In this document: piece by piece, positions 7,392 to 16,637 of the stretch
Layout of the letters: each line of letters starts with the position of its first letter
Position numbering within the stretch: position 1 is the stretch's first letter
Assembly: GCA_001443025.1 (NCBI GenBank)
Contig: LEKP01000003.1
Location: 22,652-86,651 of the forward strand
DNA: 64,000 bases
Direction of reading: 5' to 3'
Source: Parcubacteria bacterium GBS-2
GTDB lineage: Bacteria > Patescibacteriota > Minisyncoccia > Minisyncoccales > GBS-2
Notes under the pieces: generated by a model
The model's database searches: none
Seen by the model: only the letters and a program-made list of their open reading frames with translations
What the model was told of the DNA's origin: nothing
Translations under genes and position numbers: made by a program

Positions 7392-7858
7392 CCAGTCGAG
7401 ATTTAGGGCTCCTCGACCAACACCCTAGGATCAAGAAGGGAATTCCATCTCCTTGATCCCAGTCGACCAAAAATTTAATGAGTGATCCACGGGCACCTTC
7501 CGGTACCCGTACCTTGTTACGACTTCGCCCCTCTCACCGGTCCCAGGCTAGTCCAGCTTCCGCTGGGTTTCGCCTGTTACCGGCTCGCTTGGCGTGACGG
7601 GCGGTGAGTACAGGGCTCGGGAACGTATTCACCGGAACATGGCTGATTTCCGGTTACTAGCGATTCCTGCTTCACGGGGTCGAGTTGCAGACCCCGATCC
7701 GAACTGGGGCGGCTTTTAAGGGATTAGCTCCGCCTTACGGCTTGGCAACCCTTTGTAGCCGCCATTGTTCCACGTGTGCAGCCCAGGGCATAAGGGCCAT
7801 GCTGGCCTGGCGTCGTCCCCACCTTCCTCCGGCTCAAACCGGCAGTCCCGCATGACAT

Positions 7859-8172
7859 CCCCCGCACCACTTTTAGCTTCAAGCTAATAAGCAATTTTTA
7901 ATTCTTTTCAGAAGTTCTTGTTTTGCCCTGCCATGGTATTTTAATCTTCTTTCTCTTAAGGTAGCATCTTTTTCACTTGAATATGCTTCAACATAAATGA
8001 GCCTCCATTTTCCCTTTTCCTTAGTAAATCTCGATCTCCCAATTCTATGTTCTTCCAGTCTTCGTTTTAAATCTTTCGTTTTTCCAATATAAAGTTCTTT
8101 CGTTATTTCATTTTGAAGAAGGTATACATACCACCACATTATTAAATCTTAAAACCAAAAGTGGTGCGGGGG
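7859..8172 (-). mobile_element. Stem-flanked insertion in 16S (helix-39 region) carrying a GIY-YIG ORF
   Basis: A perfect 16-bp inverted repeat, CCCCCGCACCACTTTT (7859-7874) / AAAAGTGGTGCGGGGG (8157-8172), brackets an AT-rich 282-bp core. The core is almost entirely ORF 7879-8139. Flanking sequence resumes conserved 16S (…GGGACTGCCGG…). Confidence 0.65.
7879..8139 (-). CDS. GIY-YIG nuclease-domain protein (YhbQ/UPF0213-like), encoded inside the 16S insertion
   Basis: WYVYLLQNEITKELYIGKTKDLKRRLEEHR...RLIYVEAYSSEKDATLRERRLK matches the GIY...YIG...R...E catalytic layout. Same orientation as the rRNA. Confidence 0.8.
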   Translation of the reverse strand: MWWYVYLLQNEITKELYIGKTKDLKRRLEEHRIGRSRFTKEKGKWRLIYVEAYSSEKDATLRERRLKYHGRAKQELLKRIKNCLLA

Positions 8173-8944
8173 CAAACATGCGGCGAGGGTTGCGCAGGTT
8201 TTGGCATCTAAGCTTGCGCCTCACGGTACCTGCTGACGACGGCCATGTAGCACCTGTGCCAGTGTCCTTGTGGAACCCCACGGTTTCCCGCAGGTTTCAC
8301 TGGCATGTCAAGCCCTGGTAAGGTTCCACGGTTGTCGTCGGATTGAGCCACATGGACCACCGCTTGTGCGAGCCCCCGTCTATTCCTTTGAGTTTCACCC
8401 TTGCGAGCGTACTTCCCAGGCGGGGCACTTAACGCGTAAGCTTCGCCACCCACAGGGTCGACACTGCAGGCAGCTAGTGCCCATCGTTTAGGGCGTGGAC
8501 TACAGGGGTATCTAATCCCCTTTGCTCCCCACGCTTTCGTCCCTCAGCGTCAGGGTCGGCCCAGCCGGCTGCCTTCGCTTTCGGCGTTCCTGCCGATATC
8601 AACGGATTTCACCCCTACACCGGCAGTTCCACCGGCCTCTACCGCCCTCTAGTCAAACAGTATCTCAGGCATTCCTCAGGTTGAGCCCGAGGTCTTTAAC
8701 CTGAGACTTGCTTGACCGCCTACGGTACCCTTTACGCCCAGTAAATCCGGCTAACGCTTGTGGCTCACGTATTACCGCTGCTGCTGGCACGTGATTGGCA
8801 GCCACTTATTCCTGCGGTACTCTCACCCCCCAGATATACATCTGGGGGGTTGCTCCCGCAGAAAAGGGGTTTACAACCCGAAGGCCTTCTTCCCCCACGC
8901 GGCGTCGCTGGGTCAGGGTTTCCCCCATTGCCCAATATTCTCGG

Positions 8945-8988
<44 letters not shown>

Positions 8989-9172
8989 GCGGCGGCCACC
9001 CTCTCAGGCCACCTACCCGTCATAGGCTTGGTGGGCCATTACCCCACCAACTACCTGATAGGCCGCGGGCCCTTCCCAGAGCGGTTGGGGTTTTACCCCT
9101 TCCCTTTACTGTTTGGGAATTTCACCCAAACAGACTATCGGGGATTAGCCTGGTTTCCCAGATTGTCCCCGT

Positions 9173-9235
9173 CTCTCCTCCGTCGCCCTTACGGGCTTTG
9201 GAGGACCCACCGTAGCTCGAGAGAGCGAAGGTGGG
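9173..9235 (-). other. ~63-nt GC-rich insertion near the 16S 5' domain
   Basis: Lies between GTAACACGTGGGTAACCTACCCCA and ACGGGGACAATCTGGGAAACC, where E. coli has a direct continuation (from memory). Forms hairpins CCCACC...GGTGGG and TCCTCC...GGAGGA. Confidence 0.5.
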
Positions 9236-9390
9236 TGGGGTAGGTTACCCACGTGTTACTGCCCCGTTCGCCAGGTACCAAGTACAGTATGAGAAACCCC
9301 ATACTGTCTTGGCCCTCTGACTTGCATGCCTTATCCACGCCGCCAGCGTTCAGCCTGGACCAGGATCAAATCCTCAAGAAAAGAAAGAGA

Positions 9391-9416
9391 GTCGGGACAA
9401 CTCAAAGAAACTTTCC
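9391..9416 (-). other. 16S 5' processing-stem strand
   Basis: RNA-sense GGAAAGUUUCUUUGAGUUGUCCCGAC pairs with the trailer segment encoded at 7366-7391. Confidence 0.7.
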
Positions 9417-9532
9417 TTTATTTAATTGTAAAAGTTCATTCAGTTACCTGAAATTCAATCTTTACCAGAGTTTTTTCTTATTTTTTAACTTCCGCAACCT
9501 TCTTTCTTCTTTTTCATGTTCTTTCACTTAAT

Positions 9533-9560
9533 ATTTTAATCCTCCAAAAAAGGTTGTCAA
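9533..9560 (-). promoter_or_regulatory. Sigma70-like promoter for 16S rRNA
   Basis: Minus strand TTGACA (9555-9560), 16 nt, TAAAAT (9533-9538), directly after the rpsP stop. Confidence 0.5.
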
Positions 9561-9564
9561 GGCT

Positions 9565-9870
9565 TTAGTCCTTTTTGCTTTCTTCTCCTTTCTTTTCCTC
9601 TTTTTTCTTTTTATGAACTGGAATTTTCTTTCCTTCTATCACTTTTTCAGAAACTAAAAGATTGTAAACACTCTCTGATGGTTTTGCTCCAACTGATAAC
9701 CAATATTCTATTCTATCTTTTCTTAAAACTTTTTCTTTTGTTAACGGATTCCAAAAGCCCACCTCTTCAACGAACCTTCCCCCTCTTGGAGGATTTCTTT
9801 TGTCAGTAACTACAATTTTAAAAGCTGGCTGATTTTTTTTACCTACTCTGAAAAATCTTATTCTCAACAT
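9565..9870 (-). CDS. rpsP: 30S ribosomal protein S16
   Basis: MLRIRFFRVGKKNQPAFKIVVTDKRNPPRGGRFVEEVGFWNP is the canonical bS16 N-terminus. Has a Lys/Glu-rich tail. Confidence 0.9.
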   Translation of the reverse strand: MLRIRFFRVGKKNQPAFKIVVTDKRNPPRGGRFVEEVGFWNPLTKEKVLRKDRIEYWLSVGAKPSESVYNLLVSEKVIEGKKIPVHKKKKEEKKGEESKKD

Positions 9871-9874
9871 AATT

Positions 9875-10567
9875 TTACCATCCTTTAATTTTTAAAGCGT
9901 TTTTTGCTGCCTCTTCTTCTGCCTCTTGTTTTGAGGTACCTTCACCTTTTGCTACTAATTCATCCCCTAAAAAAACTCCAACAATAAAATGCTTTGCATG
10001 ATCTGGTCCCCATTCTTCTAAAACTTTGTAAGTTGGAGTAATTTTCATTCTTTCTTGAGCTTCTTCTTGAAATTTTGTCTTTGGATCTTTAAAAAGGCCT
10101 TTTTCAATAATTTCTGGAAGTTTTTTCTCTATTAAGTTTTTTTCAACAAAGTTTTTAGTAATTTCATAACCTTGGTCAAGATAAATTGCTCCAATGAGTG
10201 CTTCAAAAGTGTTTGCCAAAATGTACAGTCTTGCTTTTCCAGTTTCTTTTTCTTCTCCTTTTGATAAAAGCAAAAAATCGTTAAAACCCAATTCTTTTGC
10301 TAATTCTCCTAAAATTTTAGCATTAACTAACGCCGCCCTCCAATTAGTCAATTCTCCTTCATTTTTTTCAGGATACTTTTTGTAAAGATATTCAGTAACG
10401 ATCAATTCTAAAACGGCATCTCCCAAAAATTCAAGTCTTTCGTTGTGGGACAAAGGAAAATCTGGATGCTCGTTTAAATACGATCTGTGGCAAAATGCTT
10501 CAATCAATAAATCCCTGTTCTTAAATTCCAATTGTAATTTCTTTTCTAAAATCGCAAAATTTTTCAT
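9875..10567 (-). CDS. rnc: Ribonuclease III
   Basis: Signature [16 protein letters not shown] plus a C-terminal dsRBD ([12 protein letters not shown]...[18 protein letters not shown]). Confidence 0.9.
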   Translation of the reverse strand: MKNFAILEKKLQLEFKNRDLLIEAFCHRSYLNEHPDFPLSHNERLEFLGDAVLELIVTEYLYKKYPEKNEGELTNWRAALVNAKILGELAKELGFNDFLLLSKGEEKETGKARLYILANTFEALIGAIYLDQGYEITKNFVEKNLIEKKLPEIIEKGLFKDPKTKFQEEAQERMKITPTYKVLEEWGPDHAKHFIVGVFLGDELVAKGEGTSKQEAEEEAAKNALKIKGW

Positions 10568-11013
10568 GTTTTTTCTTTCTCTTCTTTTTTCTCCTCGACT
10601 TCCTGGACAAGTTTATAAACCGTTCCTAAAACTCCGTTAACAAACTTTCCAGAATTTTCTCCCCCAAATCCTTTTGCCAACTCTATTGCTTCGTTTATCG
10701 CGACTTTTGGTGGAACTGCCTTTTTGTCTCCAAACAAAAGTTCATAAATTCCAATTCTCAAAACATTTCTATCGACAATCGACATTTGTTCTAGCGGCCA
10801 CTGAGGAGCAGTTTTTCTAATTATTTCATCGATTTCTTTTAAATGCTTTACCACTCCCAAAACCAACTCAAAAACAAAAGTACCGTCTAATCCTGGACCA
10901 AATTCTTTTAAATTCCTTTCAACAATTTCTTTTAAATTTGCTTTTTGATTGTAAAAATCCCACTCGTAAAGTGATTGCATCGCAATCGATCTTGATAAAT
11001 GTCTCGAAGCCAT
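10564..11013 (-). CDS. nusB: Transcription antitermination factor NusB
   Basis: [14 protein letters not shown]...[14 protein letters not shown]...[14 protein letters not shown] is a typical NusB pattern. Confidence 0.85.
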   Translation of the reverse strand: MASRHLSRSIAMQSLYEWDFYNQKANLKEIVERNLKEFGPGLDGTFVFELVLGVVKHLKEIDEIIRKTAPQWPLEQMSIVDRNVLRIGIYELLFGDKKAVPPKVAINEAIELAKGFGGENSGKFVNGVLGTVYKLVQEVEEKKEEKEKT

Positions 11014-11034
11014 ATTATTTTTTAGAAGGTTCTC

Positions 11035-11301
11035 CTAAGGTTGTTGTTCTAATTTTTGCCTTTCTGCTCCTTCTTTCAATTTCATTTCTTTCTCTCTCTT
11101 TTTTCTTTCTTTTTTTTCTAATTTTGCTAACACGTCAATTACCATTTTCCCTTTATAATATCCACAAAATGGACAAACTTGATGAGGTAAAATAAAATTC
11201 CCGCACTTTTGGCATTTCACCAAGTTGGGTTGTTCCAAATAAATATGCATTCTTCTTCTTCCTACTTTGGATTTTGAATGTCTTTTCTTTGGTACTGCCA
11301 T
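11035..11301 (-). CDS. rpmF: 50S ribosomal protein L32 with Lys/Glu-rich C-terminal extension
   Basis: MAVPKKRHSKSKVGRRRMH...C..CG....PH.VCPFCGYYKG zinc ribbon. Confidence 0.85.
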   Translation of the reverse strand: MAVPKKRHSKSKVGRRRMHIYLEQPNLVKCQKCGNFILPHQVCPFCGYYKGKMVIDVLAKLEKKERKKREKEMKLKEGAERQKLEQQP

Positions 11302-11336
11302 CTTTTGAATACTATACTTTAAATACTATCAGAAAT

Positions 11337-11459
11337 TTAAATTTTTGCAATATGTGTAATTTTTTTTATTGCTACTGCCACCGCAACTACCGGAGCAGCT
11401 AAAAACCCTTTACCAACTTCATTCAATCCAGCTACAACCTCAAACCCTTTTTTCCAAAG
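11337..11459 (-). pseudogene. Relic of the RNase HII N-terminus
   Basis: Hand translation LWKKGFEVVAGLNEVGKGFLAAPVVAVAVAIKKITHIAKI* resembles the RNase HII start (G.DEVGRG.LAGPVV.AAV). There is no in-frame start codon, the catalytic D is replaced by N, and a stop follows ~40 codons in. Confidence 0.35.
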
Positions 11460-11571
11460 TTTTTTTCTTCTCTTAAATTTGGATATTTCATTGTTAAAAT
11501 TTTAACATTGACTTTGATTTTTGAAAAAATTAAAATGGAACAATATGTTTTAAACTATTTACAACATAACT

Positions 11572-14500
11572 ATGAAGTTTACTCATTTACATGTTCATTC
11601 ACATTATTCTCTTTTAGACGGACTTCCTAAGGTCGATGAGATTTTGGATTATTGCCAAAAACTAGGAATGGATTCGGTCGCGCTGACTGATCATGGAGTA
11701 ATCTATGGAGCGGTTGAATTCTACAAAAAGGCAAAAGAGAGGGGAATAAAACCAATAATCGGGGCTGAGCTTTATTTAGCGATAGAAAGTAGATTTCAAA
11801 AAAGACCTGGAATAGACGATAAAAGATACCATATTGTTTTGTTAGTTAAAAATGAAACAGGCTACAAAAATCTAGTAAAACTAATCACTAAAGCGTATCT
11901 GGAAGGTTTTTACTATAAACCGAGAATCGACGAAGAATTACTTTTTCAACATTCAGATGGTTTAATCTGCCTTTCTGCTTGCATTCAAGGAAAAATTCCT
12001 CAGCTTATTTTAGCAAGAAAATTTGATGAAGCAAAAAAAACTGCCTGGAAATATCAAGAAGTTTTCGGAAAAGAAAATTTTTACCTAGAGATCCAGCACC
12101 ATCCGAACATAAAAGAGCAAAGAATTGTAAACGAAGCCTTGATCGAAATTTCAAAGAAATTAAACATTCCTTTAGTCGCTACAAACGACTGCCATTATCT
12201 AAGACCTGAAGAGGCAGAAGCGCAAGATATTTTAATGTTAATCAACACAGGCGCTAACCCTAACGATCCAGAAAGACTTACCATGTTGGCGGACGATTTC
12301 TCAATGAGACCACCAGAAAAAATGATTGAGGATTTCAAAAATATTCCAGAGGCGATTGAAAATACTCAAAAAATTGTTGAGGCTTGTAACTTTGAATTCA
12401 AATTAGGAGAAGTAAAAATGCCAAAGTTTGAAACGCCAAACGGAAAAACTCCGGAAGAATATTTAGAAGAGCTTTGTTATCAAGGATTAAAGAAGAGGTA
12501 CGGAGAAAAAATTGAGGAAAAAGTGTTAGAAAGATTGAGGTATGAACTAGATGTTATCAAAAAAACTGGTTTTGCCTCTTATTTTTTGATCGTCCAAGAT
12601 TTTGTAAATTGGGCGAAATCTCAAAGAATTGTTGTAGGCCCTGGTAGAGGATCTGTAGGAGGCTCTTTGGTAGCCTATGCCCTGGGAATTACAGAAATCG
12701 ATCCTTTAAAGCATGGTCTTTTATTTGAAAGATTCTTAAACCCAGAAAGAGTATCGCCTCCAGACATTGATGTTGATTTTACCGATGAAAGAAGGGATGA
12801 AGTAATTGAATATTTGGCCCAAAAGTATGGAAGAAATAAAGTAGCACAAATTATTACCTTTGGAACAATGGCAGCGAGAGCGGTAGTGAGAGATGTCGGA
12901 AGAGCCTTAGGGTATTCATATTCTTTCTGTGATAAAATTGCAAAATTAATTCCTTCCCATTCAACCTTAGATGAGGCGTTAGCAAAAGTAATAGAACTCA
13001 GACAGGTTTATCAAAATGACGAAAAAGTCCAAAGGCTTTTGGATTTGGCAAGAAAATTGGAAGGAAGAGCAAGACACGTATCAACCCACGCTTGTGGAGT
13101 AGTAATTTCTACAATTCCGTTAGAGGAAATTTGCCCTTTACAGCATCCAACTCAAGACGATGAAACAATTGTTACTCAATATGAAATGAGATCTTTGGAG
13201 GATTTGGGACTTTTAAAAATTGATATTTTAGGTTTAAAGAATCTAACGTTGATTGAAGAAACATTAAAGAAAATTTATGCCATTTATAAGAAAGAAATAA
13301 ACTTAAATGAAATTCCTTTTGACGATAGAAAAACCTACAAACTCTTTCAAAGAGGAGAAACAATTGGAGTGTTCCAATTTGAATCTGAAGGAATGAGAAA
13401 ATGGTTGAAAAAATTAAAACCGAATGTCTTTGAAGATTTAGTTGCAATGATTGCTCTTTATCGACCAGGTCCAATGCAATTTTTGCAAGATTATATAGAT
13501 GGGAAGTTTAAAAGAAAAAAAATTAATTATTTGCATGAAAAGTTGAAACCAATTTTAGAAAAAACCTATGGAGTAATGATTTATCAAGAACAATTGATGG
13601 AAGTGGCAAGAAGTTTGGCTGGTTTTACTCTAGGAGAAGCCGATGTTTTAAGAAAGGCAGTGGGAAAGAAAATAAAGTCTCTTTTGGAGGCACAAAGAGA
13701 AAAATTAATTGAGGGAATGATTAAAAACGGAATTCAAAGAGAGGTAGCTCAAAGAATCTGGGAATGGATTTTGCCCTTTGCCTCTTATGGTTTCAACAAA
13801 TCCCACAGCGTAGCCTATGCCAAAATTGCTTTTTACACTGCTTTCTTGAAAGCTCATTTCCCTGTAGAATTTATGGCTTCTCTTTTGAGTTCTGAACAAG
13901 CCGATGTCGAAAAAATCGGGTTTTTAATCGAAGAGTGCAAAAGAATGGGAATTGAGGTTTTACCACCAGATATTAACGAAAGTTTCAGAAATTTCTCAGT
14001 AGTTCCTGGAAAAAATCAAATTCGTTTTGGGTTGTTAGCAATAAAAAATGTTGGAACAAACACAGTTGAGGCAATCGTTGAAGAAAGAAAGAAAAACGGT
14101 CCTTTTAATTCATTAACCGATTTTCTTTTAAGGATTGAACCTCAAAATTTGAATAAAAAATCTCTAGAAAGTATGATAAAAGCAGGGATTTTTGATAGGT
14201 TCGGGGAAAGAAATCAATTACTTTTTAATTTAGAAAGGATTTTAGAATGGAATAGAGAAAATTATAAAATGAGAAATCAAGGACAAATGGGACTGTTTGA
14301 TTTTTGGGGGAAAAGAAAATTGGAGATAAAACTGGAAAAAACAACTCCTGCAACAAAAATGCAAAAGCTTTCCTGGGAAAAGGAATTATTGGGACTTTAT
14401 GTATCTGCCCATCCTGCCGAGGATTTTCAAAGAATCTTTGAGAAAAAAGCAACTCCAATTTCAAAAATTACAAAGGAAATGGTAGGAAAAATAATCAAGG

Positions 14501-14739
14501 TTGGAGGGATAATTTCTTCAGTAAAAAGAGTTATTACCAAAAGTGGTTCTGCAATGTTTTTCACAAAATTAGAAGACGGAAAAGACAAAATTGAGGTTGT
14601 GTTTTTCCCGAACGTTTTAACTAGAAAACCAATTACCTTAAGAGAAAACACGCCAATAATTGTATCTGGTAGAGTAAATGAAGAAGATGGTATTCCAAAA
14701 ATAATTTGCGAGGATTTCGAGGAAATAATTGAAAGTTAA
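11572..14739 (+). CDS. dnaE: DNA polymerase III alpha subunit
   Basis: PHP domain start FTHLHVHSHYSLLDG, polymerase core (GPGRGSVGGSLVAY, PDIDVDF) and an OB fold near the C-terminus. 1055 aa. Confidence 0.95.
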   Translation: MKFTHLHVHSHYSLLDGLPKVDEILDYCQKLGMDSVALTDHGVIYGAVEFYKKAKERGIKPIIGAELYLAIESRFQKRPGIDDKRYHIVLLVKNETGYKNLVKLITKAYLEGFYYKPRIDEELLFQHSDGLICLSACIQGKIPQLILARKFDEAKKTAWKYQEVFGKENFYLEIQHHPNIKEQRIVNEALIEISKKLNIPLVATNDCHYLRPEEAEAQDILMLINTGANPNDPERLTMLADDFSMRPPEKMIEDFKNIPEAIENTQKIVEACNFEFKLGEVKMPKFETPNGKTPEEYLEELCYQGLKKRYGEKIEEKVLERLRYELDVIKKTGFASYFLIVQDFVNWAKSQRIVVGPGRGSVGGSLVAYALGITEIDPLKHGLLFERFLNPERVSPPDIDVDFTDERRDEVIEYLAQKYGRNKVAQIITFGTMAARAVVRDVGRALGYSYSFCDKIAKLIPSHSTLDEALAKVIELRQVYQNDEKVQRLLDLARKLEGRARHVSTHACGVVISTIPLEEICPLQHPTQDDETIVTQYEMRSLEDLGLLKIDILGLKNLTLIEETLKKIYAIYKKEINLNEIPFDDRKTYKLFQRGETIGVFQFESEGMRKWLKKLKPNVFEDLVAMIALYRPGPMQFLQDYIDGKFKRKKINYLHEKLKPILEKTYGVMIYQEQLMEVARSLAGFTLGEADVLRKAVGKKIKSLLEAQREKLIEGMIKNGIQREVAQRIWEWILPFASYGFNKSHSVAYAKIAFYTAFLKAHFPVEFMASLLSSEQADVEKIGFLIEECKRMGIEVLPPDINESFRNFSVVPGKNQIRFGLLAIKNVGTNTVEAIVEERKKNGPFNSLTDFLLRIEPQNLNKKSLESMIKAGIFDRFGERNQLLFNLERILEWNRENYKMRNQGQMGLFDFWGKRKLEIKLEKTTPATKMQKLSWEKELLGLYVSAHPAEDFQRIFEKKATPISKITKEMVGKIIKVGGIISSVKRVITKSGSAMFFTKLEDGKDKIEVVFFPNVLTRKPITLRENTPIIVSGRVNEEDGIPKIICEDFEEIIES

Positions 14740-14749
14740 CATAGTTAAC

Positions 14750-16468
14750 ATGAAAAAAATAGAAAAAATTAGGCATTCTTTGGCTCACATTTTAGCTTAC
14801 GCAGTGCAAAAACTGTATCCTGGAGTAAAATTTGGTATTGGGCCAGCCATAGAAAATGGCTTTTATTATGATTTTGAGTTGCCAAGAAAAATTACCCAAG
14901 AAGATTTGCCAAAAATTGAAGAAACAATGAGAAAATTACTTAAAGAAGGAATTGAGTTTAAAAAGAAAATCCTCAAAAAGGAGGAGGCAGAGAAAATTTT
15001 TAAAGATCAACCTTACAAATTAGAATTAATCAAAGAAATCGAAGGAGAGAATGTTTCAATTTATGAAAGTGGAGAATTTATCGATCTGTGTGCTGGCCCG
15101 CATGTTAAATCAACAAAAGAAATAAATCCCGAAATTTTTAAATTGGTAAAAATTGCGGGGGCTTATTGGAAAGGTAGTGAAGAAAATCCAATGTTAACTA
15201 GAATTTATGGGATTGCTTTTGAAACCAAAGAAGAATTAGAAAATTATTTGAGAATTCAAGAAGAAATAGAGAAAAGAGATCATAGAGTTTTGGGGCAAAA
15301 ATTGGAATTATTTTTGTTTGATTCAGAGATTGGAGCGGGTCTTCCAATTTGGATGCCAAAAGGAGCAATTTTGAGAAAATTGATTCAAGATTTTTTATTT
15401 GAAGAATTGAAAAATGAAGGTTATGAGTGGGCAGTTACTCCTCATATTGGAAATTTGAATTTATGGAAGACTTCAGGACACTGGGAATTGTACAGAGAAA
15501 ATATGTACTCCCCTATTAAGATCGATGAAGAAGAATATCTTTTAAAACCGATGAATTGCCCTTTTCACGTAAAAATCTACAAGTCAAAAATCAGGTCTTA
15601 TAAAGACTTGCCAATAAAATATGCAGAATTCGGCACGGTTTACCGTTACGAAAGATCTGGAACTTTACATGGGTTAACAAGAGTAAGAGGATTTACTCAA
15701 GACGATGCCCATATCTGGTGTACTCCAGAACAATTACCAAATGAAATTGAAAAACTTTTAAAACACGGACTTAAAATTTTAAAGACGTTTGGTTTTAAAG
15801 AATATAACATTTATCTAGCGACAAGACCTGAAAAATTTGCTGGCACTGAAAAAATGTGGAAAAAGGCAATGGTGGTCCTAAAATACGTCTTGAGAAAAAG
15901 ACATTTAAATTATCAAGTTGATCCAGGGGGCGGAGTTTTTTATGGACCAAAAATTGATATTAAAATTAAAGATTGCTTGGGAAGAGAATGGCAATGTACG
16001 ACAATTCAAGTAGATTTCAATTTACCAGAGAGATTTGATTTAACATATGTTGATAAGAAAGGAAAAAAGAAAAGGCCAATAATGATCCATAGGGCACTTT
16101 TGGGATCGATAGAAAGATTTATTGGTGTTTTGTTGGAGAATACCGGAGGGGCTTTGCCCCTTTGGTTGTCACCTGAACAAATTTGGATAATTCCGATTGG
16201 TTCAAGACACAAAAAGTATGCCAAAGAAATAGATTCTAGGCTTCAGCTTCTAGGTTTCAGATGTCAGCTTAGAGATGAAAACGAAACTGTTTCAAAGAAA
16301 ATCAGAGAAGGCGAAATTCAAAAAATTCCTTATATGTTAGTCGTTGGAGACAAAGAAATGAAATCAAAAACAGTAAGGGTAAGGCAAAGGCAAAAAGGAG
16401 ATATTGGAGAAATGAAGTTGGCAGAATTTATTGAAAAAGTGAAAAATGAAATTGAAAAGAAAACATAA
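14750..16468 (+). CDS. thrS: Threonyl-tRNA synthetase (no TGS domain)
   Basis: Begins at the editing/SAD domain (RHSLAHILAYAV). Class II motifs (FRYE..G.L.GL.RVRGFTQDDAH) and an anticodon-binding domain follow. I prefer the ATG at 14750 over the track's TTG at 14729. Confidence 0.9.
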   Translation: MKKIEKIRHSLAHILAYAVQKLYPGVKFGIGPAIENGFYYDFELPRKITQEDLPKIEETMRKLLKEGIEFKKKILKKEEAEKIFKDQPYKLELIKEIEGENVSIYESGEFIDLCAGPHVKSTKEINPEIFKLVKIAGAYWKGSEENPMLTRIYGIAFETKEELENYLRIQEEIEKRDHRVLGQKLELFLFDSEIGAGLPIWMPKGAILRKLIQDFLFEELKNEGYEWAVTPHIGNLNLWKTSGHWELYRENMYSPIKIDEEEYLLKPMNCPFHVKIYKSKIRSYKDLPIKYAEFGTVYRYERSGTLHGLTRVRGFTQDDAHIWCTPEQLPNEIEKLLKHGLKILKTFGFKEYNIYLATRPEKFAGTEKMWKKAMVVLKYVLRKRHLNYQVDPGGGVFYGPKIDIKIKDCLGREWQCTTIQVDFNLPERFDLTYVDKKGKKKRPIMIHRALLGSIERFIGVLLENTGGALPLWLSPEQIWIIPIGSRHKKYAKEIDSRLQLLGFRCQLRDENETVSKKIREGEIQKIPYMLVVGDKEMKSKTVRVRQRQKGDIGEMKLAEFIEKVKNEIEKKT

Positions 16469-16596
16469 AAGTCAAAGAACTTAAGTATAAAATAATAAAA
16501 AATTAGTAAAAACTTAGAGAAGATGATTAACGATTTAAAAAGAGTGATAGATCTGTTGAGAATTGGGAGATAATTTTTAACCTTTAAAAACTTGAA

Positions 16597-16625
16597 CGGT
16601 CTTGAAAAAGACCGCCTTTTGTTTT
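16597..16625 (+). terminator. Rho-independent terminator after thrS
   Basis: CGGTCTT-GAAA-AAGACCG followed by CCTTTTGTTTT. Confidence 0.6.
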
Positions 16626-16630
16626 ATAGT
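16602..16630 (+). promoter_or_regulatory. Promoter of miaB (leaderless geometry)
   Basis: TTGAAA (16602-16607), 17 nt, TATAGT (16625-16630), then 7 nt to the ATG at 16638. Confidence 0.45.
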
Positions 16631-16637
16631 AAAGATC

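Noticed and set aside
7279-7470. N-terminal 64 codons of track ORF 6805-7470
   Set aside because: This part overlaps the 16S trailer, the 3' processing-stem strand, a terminator hairpin and the promoter of the gene itself. An internal Met at 7278 has a proper -35/-10 upstream.
7859-8172. Group I or group II intron as the nature of the 16S insertion
   Set aside because: The ORF fills 261 of 314 bp and only the 16-bp flanking stem is non-coding. There is no room for P3-P8 or domain V/VI structures.
14729-14749. TTG start for thrS overlapping the dnaE 3' end
   Set aside because: The ATG at 14750 gives an N-terminus aligned with the start of the editing domain. The 7 extra codons (KVNIVN) add nothing recognisable. 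This choice remains uncertain.
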